Source: a virus
Lineage: Duplodnaviria; Caudoviricetes
Length of the DNA stretch: 64,000 nucleotides
Strand: one strand, 5' to 3'
IMG/VR virus record: IMGVR_UViG_641201351_000001
Coordinates: 1 to 64,000 of that record
The stretch's first letter is position 1, and the number at the start of each line of letters is the position of its first letter. Below the pieces are notes generated by a model. That model had not been told where the DNA came from and made no database searches. It saw only the letters and a program-made list of their open reading frames with translations. Shown piece after piece: positions 35,201 to 45,186 of this stretch. A program made the translations under genes and the position numbers.

Positions 35201-37594
35201 ATGACTGACCTAGCAAGATACAAGGAAGAGCTTTACGGATCTGAAGCCTTAAGGGTTCTTTTTGATAAGATAAAGAGTAATTTTGAAGAGGATGTTGATA
35301 CTTTTGAGAAATTTTTGGAATATGGAGAACCAGAAAATGCGCTAACAAAAGAAGAAATTAACAATGTATTTACTGAACTTGAAAAACTAGGATTAATTGA
35401 AGAAATTAAAGATGAGCTTTCTTCTTTCTACAAAGTAAAGAAAGAAGATTTGATTGACGGGTTTTTTGTTCAAAACATTTCTAGCGAAATCTACAAACAA
35501 AAATACCAACTGAAGGATGGAAAAAACAAAAATGAGCTAGTTGATTTAACGCCATACCACACATTTGTTCGTGTAGCACTAGCTGTAGCATTAGTTAATG
35601 CTAGATACTCAAAAAGATTAGAAAAGTATGGTTTAGATGCATTTAAGACTTTTGTTGACGATTTTCTTTCCTTCTTTTACATTTTGGCAACTGGAAGATC
35701 TACTGGTGCGGGTAGAGTAATGTCAAACGCTGGTTCTAAGTTATATAAGACTTACACGACACTAATAAACTGTACAGTAATGAGGCAAATTCCTGATAGC
35801 ATGCATGGAATAATGGAAACACTAACTGAAGCTAGTCTTACCTTAAAGGCTGGTGCGGGAACAGGATACGATTTTTCCTCTATTCGTCCTAAGGGCGCTT
35901 TTGTTCACGGTGCTGGTGCAGAAACTTCTGGTGTAGTTTCATTTGCTGAAATTTTTGACAAAATGTGTTCAACTATTATGTCTGCTGGTGGAAGAAGAGG
36001 AGCACAAATGCTTGTTATTGATGTAAGACATCCAGAAAGCATTGATCTATTTATGGCAAAAAGAAATGATGGGGTTCTTAGATATTTCAACATTTCTCTT
36101 CTTTTCCCCAATTCACTAATGGAAAAAGTTAAAAATGACGAAGAATTTGAGCAATGGTTCTGGACTTTTGAGATGACATTTACTCCTAGTGAGGTTATTG
36201 AAAAAAATGGTAACAATGTTTTCTTTATTGGAGATAAAGAAGTAGTAATTGTTGAAAATGGCAAACTTCCTTATGAGTACGAAGAATACGACTATTTTGC
36301 TTTTGGTGAAGATCATCAAGTAATGAAATATGAAAATTTTGGTAAAGATAAGTATAGAATTTACAAAAAAGAAGTATTTAAGAGAGTAAGAGCTAGGGAA
36401 ATTTATGATATCGTAATGCAATCTACCTACGACTATGCAGAACCAGGAATTATTTTTATTGATAATGTAAACAACAAAAATGTTTTGAAGGGAAAGGAAT
36501 ACATTAGGGCAACAAATCCATGTGGAGAACAGCCTTTGCCACCATACGGTTCTTGCAATTTAGGTTCTATTTTCCTTCACAGGTTTGTTAAGGAGCCCTT
36601 TAATTATGATTTGAAACCAGAAGAAAATTTTGATTTTGACAAACTTTTTGAGGTTTCCAGGTTAATGAATAGATTTCTTGATTTTGTTAATGACATAACA
36701 AATCTTCCGCTAGTTCAATTAAAAGAGGCCGCTTTTACTAAGAGAAGGCATGGGCTTGGAATTTCTGGTATTGCAGACACATTAATAATGGTTGGACTTA
36801 GATACGGTTCTGAGGAAGCTGCAAAGTTTTTAGAAAAAATAATGTATACGATACAACTTGCTTCTGCAGTAGAAAATGTTAGAATGGCCGATATTTATGG
36901 TCCTGCTCCCGTTGGCGTTACACTAAAAGAATGGGTAGATGTGTTTGGTCATTTAAAAGAGAAGCTTGAAGAGATTTACGGAGAAGACTTTTATAAACTA
37001 CCACTTAGATATTCTCACGCAATCTCTATTGCTCCAACTGGAACAATTTCTTTAACATTCGGAAACAATGTAGCTAACGGAATTGAGCCTACTTTTGCTT
37101 TGTCTTACATGAGGAACATTAGATTGCCTGGCAAAAAAACAAAAACTCAAGAAGAGGTCTATTCATTTGCTGCAATCCTTTTTAAGAATTACTTTGGACA
37201 CACAAATTACAATGAATATTTTGTTACTACAAACGATATTACTGTAGATGAACATATAAGGATGCAAGCTAGCGCACAGAAATATGTTGATAGCGCAATT
37301 TCAAAGACCTGCAATGTTCCTACTGATTATCCATTTGAGATGTTTAAAGAAGCTTATATTAAGGCATATGAATTGGGCCTTAAAGGATTTACCACATTCA
37401 GATTTAACCCCAAGTTTTCTGTAGGCGTTCTTGTAAAGAAAGATGACTTAGAGAACCTGTTAATTGAATTTGAAACAGATACTGGGGAGAAATATGTTGT
37501 AAAAGGTTCAGATATTGTTGTTTATGATGGTGAAGAACATGTGGCAGCCAATCTTTACGAGGCATTAAAAGAAGGCATTTACGGGCGCATGTAA
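35201..37594 (+). CDS. nrdJ: Class II (B12-dependent) ribonucleotide reductase, large part
   Basis: TLINC, GGRRGAQM, FNIS, AEPG, ATNPCGEQPL, CNLGS, IAPTGTIS, SAISKT. No NrdB in the window. Confidence 0.92.
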   Translation: MTDLARYKEELYGSEALRVLFDKIKSNFEEDVDTFEKFLEYGEPENALTKEEINNVFTELEKLGLIEEIKDELSSFYKVKKEDLIDGFFVQNISSEIYKQKYQLKDGKNKNELVDLTPYHTFVRVALAVALVNARYSKRLEKYGLDAFKTFVDDFLSFFYILATGRSTGAGRVMSNAGSKLYKTYTTLINCTVMRQIPDSMHGIMETLTEASLTLKAGAGTGYDFSSIRPKGAFVHGAGAETSGVVSFAEIFDKMCSTIMSAGGRRGAQMLVIDVRHPESIDLFMAKRNDGVLRYFNISLLFPNSLMEKVKNDEEFEQWFWTFEMTFTPSEVIEKNGNNVFFIGDKEVVIVENGKLPYEYEEYDYFAFGEDHQVMKYENFGKDKYRIYKKEVFKRVRAREIYDIVMQSTYDYAEPGIIFIDNVNNKNVLKGKEYIRATNPCGEQPLPPYGSCNLGSIFLHRFVKEPFNYDLKPEENFDFDKLFEVSRLMNRFLDFVNDITNLPLVQLKEAAFTKRRHGLGISGIADTLIMVGLRYGSEEAAKFLEKIMYTIQLASAVENVRMADIYGPAPVGVTLKEWVDVFGHLKEKLEEIYGEDFYKLPLRYSHAISIAPTGTISLTFGNNVANGIEPTFALSYMRNIRLPGKKTKTQEEVYSFAAILFKNYFGHTNYNEYFVTTNDITVDEHIRMQASAQKYVDSAISKTCNVPTDYPFEMFKEAYIKAYELGLKGFTTFRFNPKFSVGVLVKKDDLENLLIEFETDTGEKYVVKGSDIVVYDGEEHVAANLYEALKEGIYGRM

Positions 37595-37606
37595 AAGGAG
37601 GCCTAC

Positions 37607-38206
37607 ATGGTAGAGATAAAGGGAAAGATAATCGGATTTCGTCTTCTAGAAAACAAAGAAGATGATAAACAAAAACCCCTTATTAGAAATCAAGTGGTTC
37701 ATGGTTATACAATAAAAATTTCATACAACGATCACTCTCTCTATTTCACCTTAAATTTTGATGAGCAAGGAAATCTTTTAGAGCTTTTTGTTAACAGCTC
37801 CTCAACATCGTCTTCAACTAATGCTTATATACAAGCGATCGCTAGAATGGTAAGCAATCAATTAAAATATAGAATTCCAATAGAAAAGATTATCAAGCAC
37901 TTAGATAACCTTGATTCTGGAGAAACTTATTTGGTAAAGTTTCCTGGAATGAAGAAATCTAAATTCATTAAAAGTATTCCTGATTTAATAGCAAAAGTTT
38001 TGACATACTACAAAGATGAAGAAACGCTTAAAAAAATTTCCCAAGGAAATAATTTAGATGAAAAACCAGAAGAAAAATATAATGATGAAACAAAAATTGA
38101 AGTTAAGACCTCTTCTATAACTTGTCCCTCATGTGGAAGCAATAGCGTAAAAGTTGAAGAAGGATGCTTTACATGCTTGTCTTGCGGGTATTCTAAGTGT
38201 GGCTGA
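37607..38206 (+). CDS. NrdJb / TSCPD-domain RNR C-terminal subunit
   Basis: LYFTLN..ELF..AIARMVS..SIPDLIA; C-terminal CPSC..EEGCFTCLSCGYSKCG. Confidence 0.85.
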   Translation: MVEIKGKIIGFRLLENKEDDKQKPLIRNQVVHGYTIKISYNDHSLYFTLNFDEQGNLLELFVNSSSTSSSTNAYIQAIARMVSNQLKYRIPIEKIIKHLDNLDSGETYLVKFPGMKKSKFIKSIPDLIAKVLTYYKDEETLKKISQGNNLDEKPEEKYNDETKIEVKTSSITCPSCGSNSVKVEEGCFTCLSCGYSKCG

Positions 38207-38239
38207 GGCTTTTGTGGTATATTTAGGTTGGAGGTGTAC

Positions 38240-38446
38240 ATGAACCTTTCCTGGGTGGAAGAACTTAGAAAGGAAAGAGAAATGATCGAAAGCGAATATG
38301 CCTCTCTTGGACAAAAGATACAAGAACTAGAAGCTAGAAGGAAAATGTTAAGAGAACGGGCAATTTATTTGGAGGGTGTTTTAGATGCTGTAAAGAAGAT
38401 TCAAGAAGAAACACAAGCCAACGAAACAAGCCAAGAAGGTAACTAA
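38240..38446 (+). CDS. Small coiled-coil protein
   Basis: ATG 38240 after GGAGGTG; heptad pattern. Confidence 0.6.
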   Translation: MNLSWVEELRKEREMIESEYASLGQKIQELEARRKMLRERAIYLEGVLDAVKKIQEETQANETSQEGN

Positions 38447-38458
38447 AGGAGAGAAAAC

Positions 38459-38911
38459 ATGTTAGTAGATCAGGATGGAAAGCCACTAAGCAAGAAGGAG
38501 CTTAAGTATCTTCCTAATTTTTTGGGAATTGTTTCTGTTGTTACAAAGAAAAGCGTTGTGGAAACAAATGAACCACTTGAACCATACTTTATAATGTTTA
38601 TGCTTGTTACGCCTCAAAAAATGGAGCTTTATTCTCAGGCTGGTTCGTTGTTGCAGGAGGTAATACTTCACAATCTTCTTGACTCATATGTTAAGAAGGA
38701 ATACGGGAAAGAATTAAAGGAAATGGACGAAAAAGAAGCACAAAAAATGCTTTCCGAATTTTTGAGGAAATATCAAGTAAACATTCAGCCACAACCAATT
38801 CCTCTGGATTTTGTTGTTTTAGAAAACATTGACGAAGAAGAATTAAAGAAGCTAGTAGAGCAGGAAAAACTAAAGAGCGGCTTTTTGGTAAGCGGCAATG
38901 AACAAGGATAA
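38459..38911 (+). CDS. Hypothetical protein
   Basis: AAGGAG RBS; 150 aa. Confidence 0.6.
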   Translation: MLVDQDGKPLSKKELKYLPNFLGIVSVVTKKSVVETNEPLEPYFIMFMLVTPQKMELYSQAGSLLQEVILHNLLDSYVKKEYGKELKEMDEKEAQKMLSEFLRKYQVNIQPQPIPLDFVVLENIDEEELKKLVEQEKLKSGFLVSGNEQG

Positions 38912-39227
38912 AGTTCTTACAGTCAACTCGCTAATTGTTAGGGTTCAAAAGAGTGGAGAGAAGTATACTGATACTGGATTAGTTGTTGTGGAAGAAGAAA
39001 AGGCTGTAAATTTTGGAGAAGTTGTATCTTTACCCTTTCTAATTACAGAATCTCATAAAGAATACGAAGAACTTGTAAAACATATTTCGGTAGGAGATAC
39101 TGTAATATTTAATGCAAAAATGACATACAATATCATTAAGCTTGAAAATCAAAAACCAAACGAAGAATTTTTAATAATATCACTTGATAACATACACGCA
39201 ATTGTAAAGAAGAAGGAGGTGCAATGA
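38898..39227 (+). CDS. groES: GroES/Cpn10-like co-chaperonin
   Basis: LIVRV..EKYTDTGLVV (mobile loop)..GEVVS..ISVGDTVIF..EEFLIISLDNIHAIV. Confidence 0.7.
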   Translation: MNKDKVLTVNSLIVRVQKSGEKYTDTGLVVVEEEKAVNFGEVVSLPFLITESHKEYEELVKHISVGDTVIFNAKMTYNIIKLENQKPNEEFLIISLDNIHAIVKKKEVQ

Positions 39228-39439
39228 CAACAACCTTCTCTTTTAAAACGAAAAAAACATGTTCTTGTAAATTTTCTGACGAATATACACTTGTTTGCGA
39301 AAATGATAGCTGCAAATTGTATTCCAACGGTATTTTAGTAACAAAAGATAAAAATTACGCAAGAACACTAATAGAAAGTGTTAAGGATTCTTTAGAAGAA
39401 GAGGACTATAGAAAGGCATTGGAGCTTTTGGGGGGTTAG
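39224..39439 (+). CDS. Small Cys-containing hypothetical protein
   Basis: AAGGAGGT RBS; four Cys in 71 aa. Confidence 0.55.
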   Translation: MTTTFSFKTKKTCSCKFSDEYTLVCENDSCKLYSNGILVTKDKNYARTLIESVKDSLEEEDYRKALELLGG

Positions 39440-39440
39440 T

Positions 39441-39884
39441 ATGGACATTGTTTTGTTTTTCAAAACCTCTTTACTAACCTTCTTAATTTCTCATGTTTAT
39501 ATACGATACCTAAAGTATATACCCAAATTTCGTATCTTTAAGGGCATTTTTCAAGAATATTACTATTGTTATGCGTGTGTAGGTTTTTGGGTAGCGGCGC
39601 TTATTGTTGTGATTGTTCGTCCTGAAATAACTGATAAGCTTTTGTTTGCAATTTTAGGAACAATTGGATTTTTGTATAATTTTGATACAAGCGTCCTTTT
39701 TTCAAGAATTAGAGAAAATGGACTTTTTTCTTTTACCCCTGTTGTAAGTGCTGTAATCCTTGCTGCTTTTGTCTTTTTAATTTCCTTGAAAATTTCTGCA
39801 ATTTCTTTGCTATTAACAATATCGCTAACAAATGTTATTTACAAAGAACTCTATGAACGCTTTTTAGGAGGCTCCGATGCCTAA
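39441..39884 (+). CDS. Membrane protein with CxxC (DUF1360-like)
   Basis: Multiple TM helices; YCYACVGFWVA motif. Confidence 0.55.
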   Translation: MDIVLFFKTSLLTFLISHVYIRYLKYIPKFRIFKGIFQEYYYCYACVGFWVAALIVVIVRPEITDKLLFAILGTIGFLYNFDTSVLFSRIRENGLFSFTPVVSAVILAAFVFLISLKISAISLLLTISLTNVIYKELYERFLGGSDA

Positions 39885-40185
39885 AAAGGTAAAAACAGAA
39901 GATATTTTGTCTTCTTTAATACAAACAAACTTTACACTTTCCAACAAAAAGGATTTTTTTCCAACAACCAAGAAGGAATTTTTAAAACTGAAAAAGTTTT
40001 TGGGAAAGTCATTAAACCTAGAAGGAAGATATGATTTTGATGCTATATATTTGCCTATAAATGAAATTATATCTTTAGTTTCACAGAAGGATTATTGGAC
40101 AACCAAAGAACTGAAACTACTTGATGAGCAGATTAAAGAGTATTCTCTTAGATATTTAGTAAAGACTGTAGCAAATATGATATAA
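39877..40185 (+). CDS. Hypothetical protein
   Basis: AGGAGG RBS; 102 aa. Confidence 0.55.
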   Translation: MPKKVKTEDILSSLIQTNFTLSNKKDFFPTTKKEFLKLKKFLGKSLNLEGRYDFDAIYLPINEIISLVSQKDYWTTKELKLLDEQIKEYSLRYLVKTVANMI

Positions 40186-40200
40186 TCTTTTTGAGGATAT

Positions 40201-40548
40201 ATGGACAGAAACAACACAAGACAAAAATTTCAAGAGGTAAGACAGGCAAAAATGCTTGCATTTTTGTCTAATACATGTAGTTTTTGTCAACAACTGTTAA
40301 ATGAATATGGTAATGTTTTAGATACTTTAGGTGTCGTAAGACTGTTTGTTGAAGAAGATAGAATTCTTTTCAACAAAGAGTATGTATATGTAAGAGAATG
40401 GCTAAAAAACAACAATCAAGAACTAGCAAAGTATCCATATATAACTCCGGTTCTTTTAGTTAGGGATGATAATTTGAACACAGTCGGAGTTTATCTTGGA
40501 TATATGAGTATAAAAACCTTTTTAGATCAATTAACAAATACGCAATAA
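40201..40548 (+). CDS. Thioredoxin/glutaredoxin-like protein
   Basis: AFLSNTCSFCQQL (CxxC) and ITPVLL cis-Pro loop. Confidence 0.7.
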   Translation: MDRNNTRQKFQEVRQAKMLAFLSNTCSFCQQLLNEYGNVLDTLGVVRLFVEEDRILFNKEYVYVREWLKNNNQELAKYPYITPVLLVRDDNLNTVGVYLGYMSIKTFLDQLTNTQ

Positions 40549-40557
40549 AATGAAAGA

Positions 40558-41013
40558 ATGAGAGAAGTTATTTTACCTGAAATAAAAATTACCTATATAC
40601 CTGATAGAAAGGTCAGGTTTTATATTGATTTTGAAAAGCTTTTTAATCTTGGCCTTCATAAGTCAAACCTTGTTGTAAGTTTCCAAAACAAAAACTTTGA
40701 GTTTTCTGAAGAAAATATCTTTGAAAGACTACTTTTTAACCCCCCTCCTGAGGATAATATTGTTGAGGAATTTCAACTAATAGTTATAACTTTAGCAATA
40801 AAAGTCGTAGAAAAATTAATTGTTAGATTTCTGGAATCAAAAAGTGAATACGATGTTAACTATGAAGAATTAGAATCTAAATTTAACGAAATAAAATCAA
40901 AATATGAAAACCTTGGATTTATACTTGAATTTGAAACGACAGCATTAGTTCCCTTTTATCTGTTCGTGTTGGATGTTTTATTAGATGTATTTAAAATTGG
41001 GGAGGAGCAATGA
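40558..41013 (+). CDS. Hypothetical protein
   Basis: Leaderless TAAAAT-6-ATG; the -10 overlaps the upstream stop codon. Confidence 0.55.
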   Translation: MREVILPEIKITYIPDRKVRFYIDFEKLFNLGLHKSNLVVSFQNKNFEFSEENIFERLLFNPPPEDNIVEEFQLIVITLAIKVVEKLIVRFLESKSEYDVNYEELESKFNEIKSKYENLGFILEFETTALVPFYLFVLDVLLDVFKIGEEQ

Positions 41014-42482
41014 AATATCTAACTATAGCAAGTTCTGGGGCGGAAGATTTTATTTGTATTTCTGATTCTCCAGTAGATCAAACAACGAATAATCTCCCTG
41101 TTAATTCTAAATGTATAAGACTAAGAACAAAAGCATCTTCAATTGAAGGATTTTGCCCTCCATTAGGACAAAAAATACCAAAAGAAAATTATGTTGTGTA
41201 TAACGAATCGTCAAATTCAATTGATTATTACGAAGCAAGTGCGAATACAAATTGTTCTGTTGGATACACGAAAAAAACAATAGCTTTATATCAAAAACCC
41301 AAATTCAGATATTTCAGAGCTTTAATTTTATACGGATGGAGCATGAAGAATTATTCGTGTTGCGGATGGGACACTAGTGTAGCTCCAAATAGGTCCAAGC
41401 GTGGTTTAGTGCCGTTTAGATATGAAGTTTGGTATTTTGAGTTTGATTCCATAGAAGACGCATATGCCTGGAGGAATCCAAAGCCCTATAATCTGACACC
41501 AATGCACTTATCTACTGAGTCAAGTATATCTTCTACAACAAACTACCAAAGAGGGGTTGGTTATGCATCATCTGCAGATTATTCCTTTCTTGGTAGTTAC
41601 CTACATGGAACATATGGTCTTCAAAATATAGATGATGAAAATGGAACAAAAACAATTTTTATAACCACCGGAGGATCCACAAATTCTGTACATATATTGT
41701 CTGGCAACTACACAAAAGTAAGAATGTATGAAGGGGATTTTTACAATTACCTTTATAATCAAGCATACAATTCTTCCGGTTATCAAAACATACCACTTTG
41801 GCCTTTAAGACGGCAATTCACAACCAGCTATAATGACTATACAGATGAAGAAAAGGAATCTATAGAAACTTTTTCAAATCTTTATATTGCAGGAATAGAA
41901 TATGTTCTTCCAGATAGATATTTTAGACAAAATCCAATATACACAGGTGGAGGCGGATATTGGGTATATCATTATTCTCTTACTCCAAGCTTAGAAAAAT
42001 TAGATTCAACTAATACTATTGGTACAGATATAATGGGTTTTGCTGATTTAGAGATAAATTGGTATTTTGGTAGTAAAACATTTTTTACAAAGACAGACGG
42101 CGTTTACTTCTCCGGAGCTACTTCTTCATGTTCATTTCCTTTTGATCCTATTTTTGCCAATATTATGCAATATTATATGTCTAGAACCCTATATTATAAC
42201 CCATCGGGAGCTTCACTTTATGCGACAAAGAATAGCATTTCTGGATATACAACATCTCCACCAGATTCCAAACCACCAGTAATGTTTCCAATAATTGTAA
42301 CTATGAGAGGAGATATAGGAGGAGATAGGGTAAGACATGCAGCAATAAAACTTGGCATAAGTATCGTTTATGCTGTGCAATATGGTCAAAATGAAGATAA
42401 ACAAAACTTGCCTTCATATCAATTTCCTGACGTTTGTCCGCCAAACACCATACCTAATGCAAACTGGATTCTTAATCTGTAA
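41010..42482 (+). CDS. Tyr/Gly/Cys-rich protein, probable virion/receptor-binding component
   Basis: Low-Lys, Y/S/G/N-rich, several Cys; GGAGGAG RBS. Confidence 0.5.
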   Translation: MKYLTIASSGAEDFICISDSPVDQTTNNLPVNSKCIRLRTKASSIEGFCPPLGQKIPKENYVVYNESSNSIDYYEASANTNCSVGYTKKTIALYQKPKFRYFRALILYGWSMKNYSCCGWDTSVAPNRSKRGLVPFRYEVWYFEFDSIEDAYAWRNPKPYNLTPMHLSTESSISSTTNYQRGVGYASSADYSFLGSYLHGTYGLQNIDDENGTKTIFITTGGSTNSVHILSGNYTKVRMYEGDFYNYLYNQAYNSSGYQNIPLWPLRRQFTTSYNDYTDEEKESIETFSNLYIAGIEYVLPDRYFRQNPIYTGGGGYWVYHYSLTPSLEKLDSTNTIGTDIMGFADLEINWYFGSKTFFTKTDGVYFSGATSSCSFPFDPIFANIMQYYMSRTLYYNPSGASLYATKNSISGYTTSPPDSKPPVMFPIIVTMRGDIGGDRVRHAAIKLGISIVYAVQYGQNEDKQNLPSYQFPDVCPPNTIPNANWILNL

Positions 42483-42535
42483 GATAGTTGATAAACTGTA
42501 AACGGTTTTCTTAATTTTTCTGATAATATAAAACT

Positions 42536-43408
42536 ATGGCAATATGTTATATAGGACAAGAAGAAGTTTATAGTACACCAAGCCATAATGACAGACTTGC
42601 TATTCTTGATGCAGAAAATGCTACATCATTAAAGGATGATTTAAACTTTATTAGAAGTGTAATTTTTAATATTTTGGGGTTAGATTTTGGAAATGCGGAT
42701 AATAAATGGTATAAAGTTCCTTTTTATAATTTGACTTTTCTTTTTGAAAAATATTCTTCACTAGAATCAGATTTTTCTGTAGAACACTACACATCTTCCG
42801 AAAATCCAAATTTAGCTGGGAAGCATAAAAATATCACAGCAACAGGAAACTTAAATGTTTCTGGATATGGTTTAATAGGACAAAATTTATCGGTTGGAAG
42901 CTATTTAGATGTTGGTACGACTTTAACGACAGGTTCTGACGCTACTATAGGTGGAAATCTAACAGTAAATCTTAGTGGTTCAATATTAATTGATTTGAGT
43001 GTAGGAAGAGATTTAAGTGTTGGACGAAATACCCAAATAGGAAATAATTTGTCTGTTAATAACAATGCAACTATTGTTAACAATACGAATATTGGTGGAA
43101 ATTTAACTGTAGGAGGGTTTGGAACATTTGGCAGCTATATAAATGTACAAGGTAATGCAACAATTCAAGGAGCCGCATCTATAGGACAAACTTTAACTGT
43201 AACTGGTGCTACAACTCTTCAAAGCACGCTTAGTGTTTATAACAACACAAGTATATCTGGAACTTTATCTGTTTTAGGTAATGCAACTTTTTCTGCTAAC
43301 GCAACAATATCAGGAAACCTTACTGTAAATGGACATACATCTACAGGTTCTTTGTATGTTGGAAAGCAGTATATAGCGTTATTAGGAACAGCAAATGTAA
43401 CCAATTAA
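42536..43408 (+). CDS. Beta-helix repeat tail fiber/spike-like protein
   Basis: Long run of 6-residue repeats (GNLNVS/GQNLSV/GGNLTV/GRDLSV). Leaderless TAATAT-6-ATG. Confidence 0.65.
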   Translation: MAICYIGQEEVYSTPSHNDRLAILDAENATSLKDDLNFIRSVIFNILGLDFGNADNKWYKVPFYNLTFLFEKYSSLESDFSVEHYTSSENPNLAGKHKNITATGNLNVSGYGLIGQNLSVGSYLDVGTTLTTGSDATIGGNLTVNLSGSILIDLSVGRDLSVGRNTQIGNNLSVNNNATIVNNTNIGGNLTVGGFGTFGSYINVQGNATIQGAASIGQTLTVTGATTLQSTLSVYNNTSISGTLSVLGNATFSANATISGNLTVNGHTSTGSLYVGKQYIALLGTANVTN

Positions 43409-43410
43409 CC

Positions 43411-43938
43411 ATGAGAGTCATTATAGTTAATAAAAAATTAGAACAATACCTCTCAAAATCGTTTAAGTTGAGAGAAGATTTAATATTTGAGTATTATAGG
43501 GGAAGGTGGATTTACTATAACGACATTATTATTCCTCATATCTCTAATGACGATTTTGAAGGATTTTTCTTTTCTGGAGAAAATATTATAACGACAGACA
43601 AAGAACTTGAGGAGAATAAAATTTATTTTGTAAATGATTTTGAGGGTATTTTTACAAAGGAGGAGGCAGCTTTAACAAAGCTAAGGGTTGCCTACGAACT
43701 ATCTCCAACAGAGTACTTTGTTGTGTTGAGGAACAACAAATTTCTCGGCGTTCTGTACAAAAACAACCTCCCTTTAAGTTTGGTAGATTACATAATGTTA
43801 GAAACGAATAAAAGACCGAAATTTAAAGTTAATGTAGATAGATTTGAAATGAAAAAGAAGTTTGTACACATACTAAAAATGTCTAATATTGAAATTGATG
43901 AAGAAATGTTCTTTAGATTAGATGAAATTATAGAATGA
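43411..43938 (+). CDS. Hypothetical protein
   Basis: 175-aa ORF in the operon. Confidence 0.55.
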   Translation: MRVIIVNKKLEQYLSKSFKLREDLIFEYYRGRWIYYNDIIIPHISNDDFEGFFFSGENIITTDKELEENKIYFVNDFEGIFTKEEAALTKLRVAYELSPTEYFVVLRNNKFLGVLYKNNLPLSLVDYIMLETNKRPKFKVNVDRFEMKKKFVHILKMSNIEIDEEMFFRLDEIIE

Positions 43939-43939
43939 T

Positions 43940-44425
43940 ATGCCACGCTGGAATACATTGGCAATAAAAAATTTTGGTTTTATTGAAGATAATGTATTAT
44001 CTGTTTTTCAGGACTATAAAAATCAATTTAACTTCAAAAATCAAGAACAAACCATACCAAATGACATTAAACTAAATTATGAAGGGGACATAGATTTTTA
44101 CAACGATGATGTTGTTCTAGTATACAATCTAGAGGCATTTATTCAAAGACTTTATTTTTTCCTTATAACGAAAAAGGGAACCTTACCTGGAAACAATGAA
44201 TTTGGCGCATCGTTAGAAGATTACATCGGAACAGGAAGACCTAATCTTAACCTTCTTTTAAGAACCCTAGAGGAAGATTTAAAGACTTTTGATGAAATAG
44301 AGTTTATTAATGATATAAAGGCATCTTTAGTTTCAAATGAACAGACAGAAACTATAGAAATAAATCTGGACTTAAAAGTTAGGGGATTTAAATACAGGGC
44401 GTTTTTAGACTTGGAGCTTATTTAA
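43940..44425 (+). CDS. Baseplate wedge gp25/GPW-like protein
   Basis: GDIDF..EAFIQRLYFFLITKKGTLPGNNEFGASLEDYIG. Confidence 0.7.
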   Translation: MPRWNTLAIKNFGFIEDNVLSVFQDYKNQFNFKNQEQTIPNDIKLNYEGDIDFYNDDVVLVYNLEAFIQRLYFFLITKKGTLPGNNEFGASLEDYIGTGRPNLNLLLRTLEEDLKTFDEIEFINDIKASLVSNEQTETIEINLDLKVRGFKYRAFLDLELI

Positions 44426-45127
44426 TTAATCCTCGTACCACTTTCTGTTGTAGTCTATATCAAAGTCTTTCTTTAGGTTAAACTTGTGTCCATGAACAAC
44501 ACCTTCACCTATTGCAATAGAAAGCTTTCTACTTAAAACATCATTTCTCCATCTGGGATTAGCTAAATCTGCAACAACATAAGCCAAAACTTTTAGTTTT
44601 TCCCATTCATATTTTGGGTTTAGTTCTTTTATTCTCTTGTTGTATTCGTTTATGTGATCCTTTCTAGGAGCGCCGTTTTGAACAGCCACATCAAAACACA
44701 AGGCTAAGGCTCTTTCGCTTTCAAAATTTAATGCTTCACAAAGAAGTTGCGCCCTCCTAAAGTAGTTGTTTGCAGCCTTTTTAAAGGCTTCTACAGTTTC
44801 TTTTTCCTTAGCTAGGTTTTCAAACTTTATTGACCACTCTCTTTTTACTCCTTTTCCAACGAGAACATTTTTAAGAATGAAGTCTTTGAGTGTTCCGTTG
44901 TATAAAGCCTCTACAAACCCTTTTCCTAGGTATTTTTCTAAGGTTTCTTTGCTTATCATTTTCAATAGTCTTTGAAGTGTTCCTTGTCCTATGTTCCATT
45001 GAAGGGGGCCATATGAAAGTATTTGACCGTCAAAATTTCCTGCTACTCTACCCCAATCCCCACTTACTTCAAATAGGGAAACAAGTCTGAGTAGCTTTTC
45101 TTTTAGATCTTCTTTTATTTTCTTCAT
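44426..45127 (-). CDS. Lysozyme/chitosanase-superfamily hydrolase (putative endolysin)
   Basis: LFE..GNFDGQILSYGPLQWNIGQGTLQ..SERALALCFDVAVQNG. Confidence 0.7.
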   Translation of the reverse strand: MKKIKEDLKEKLLRLVSLFEVSGDWGRVAGNFDGQILSYGPLQWNIGQGTLQRLLKMISKETLEKYLGKGFVEALYNGTLKDFILKNVLVGKGVKREWSIKFENLAKEKETVEAFKKAANNYFRRAQLLCEALNFESERALALCFDVAVQNGAPRKDHINEYNKRIKELNPKYEWEKLKVLAYVVADLANPRWRNDVLSRKLSIAIGEGVVHGHKFNLKKDFDIDYNRKWYED

Positions 45128-45186
45128 ATAATATTAGTTTACAGTCTTTAATTGAACGAAAATTTTGTGATAATATAAAGTCAGCA

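Noticed and set aside
36130-36390. Insertion in NrdJ considered as an intein or intron
   Set aside because: No C/S...HN splice motifs or LAGLIDADG and the frame is continuous; it lies in a variable loop.
42840-43350. Hexapeptide repeats suggesting an LpxD-type acyltransferase, or a DNA repeat array
   Set aside because: The repeats are protein-level GxLxV beta-solenoid units with no acyltransferase context, and there are no identical DNA repeats with spacers.
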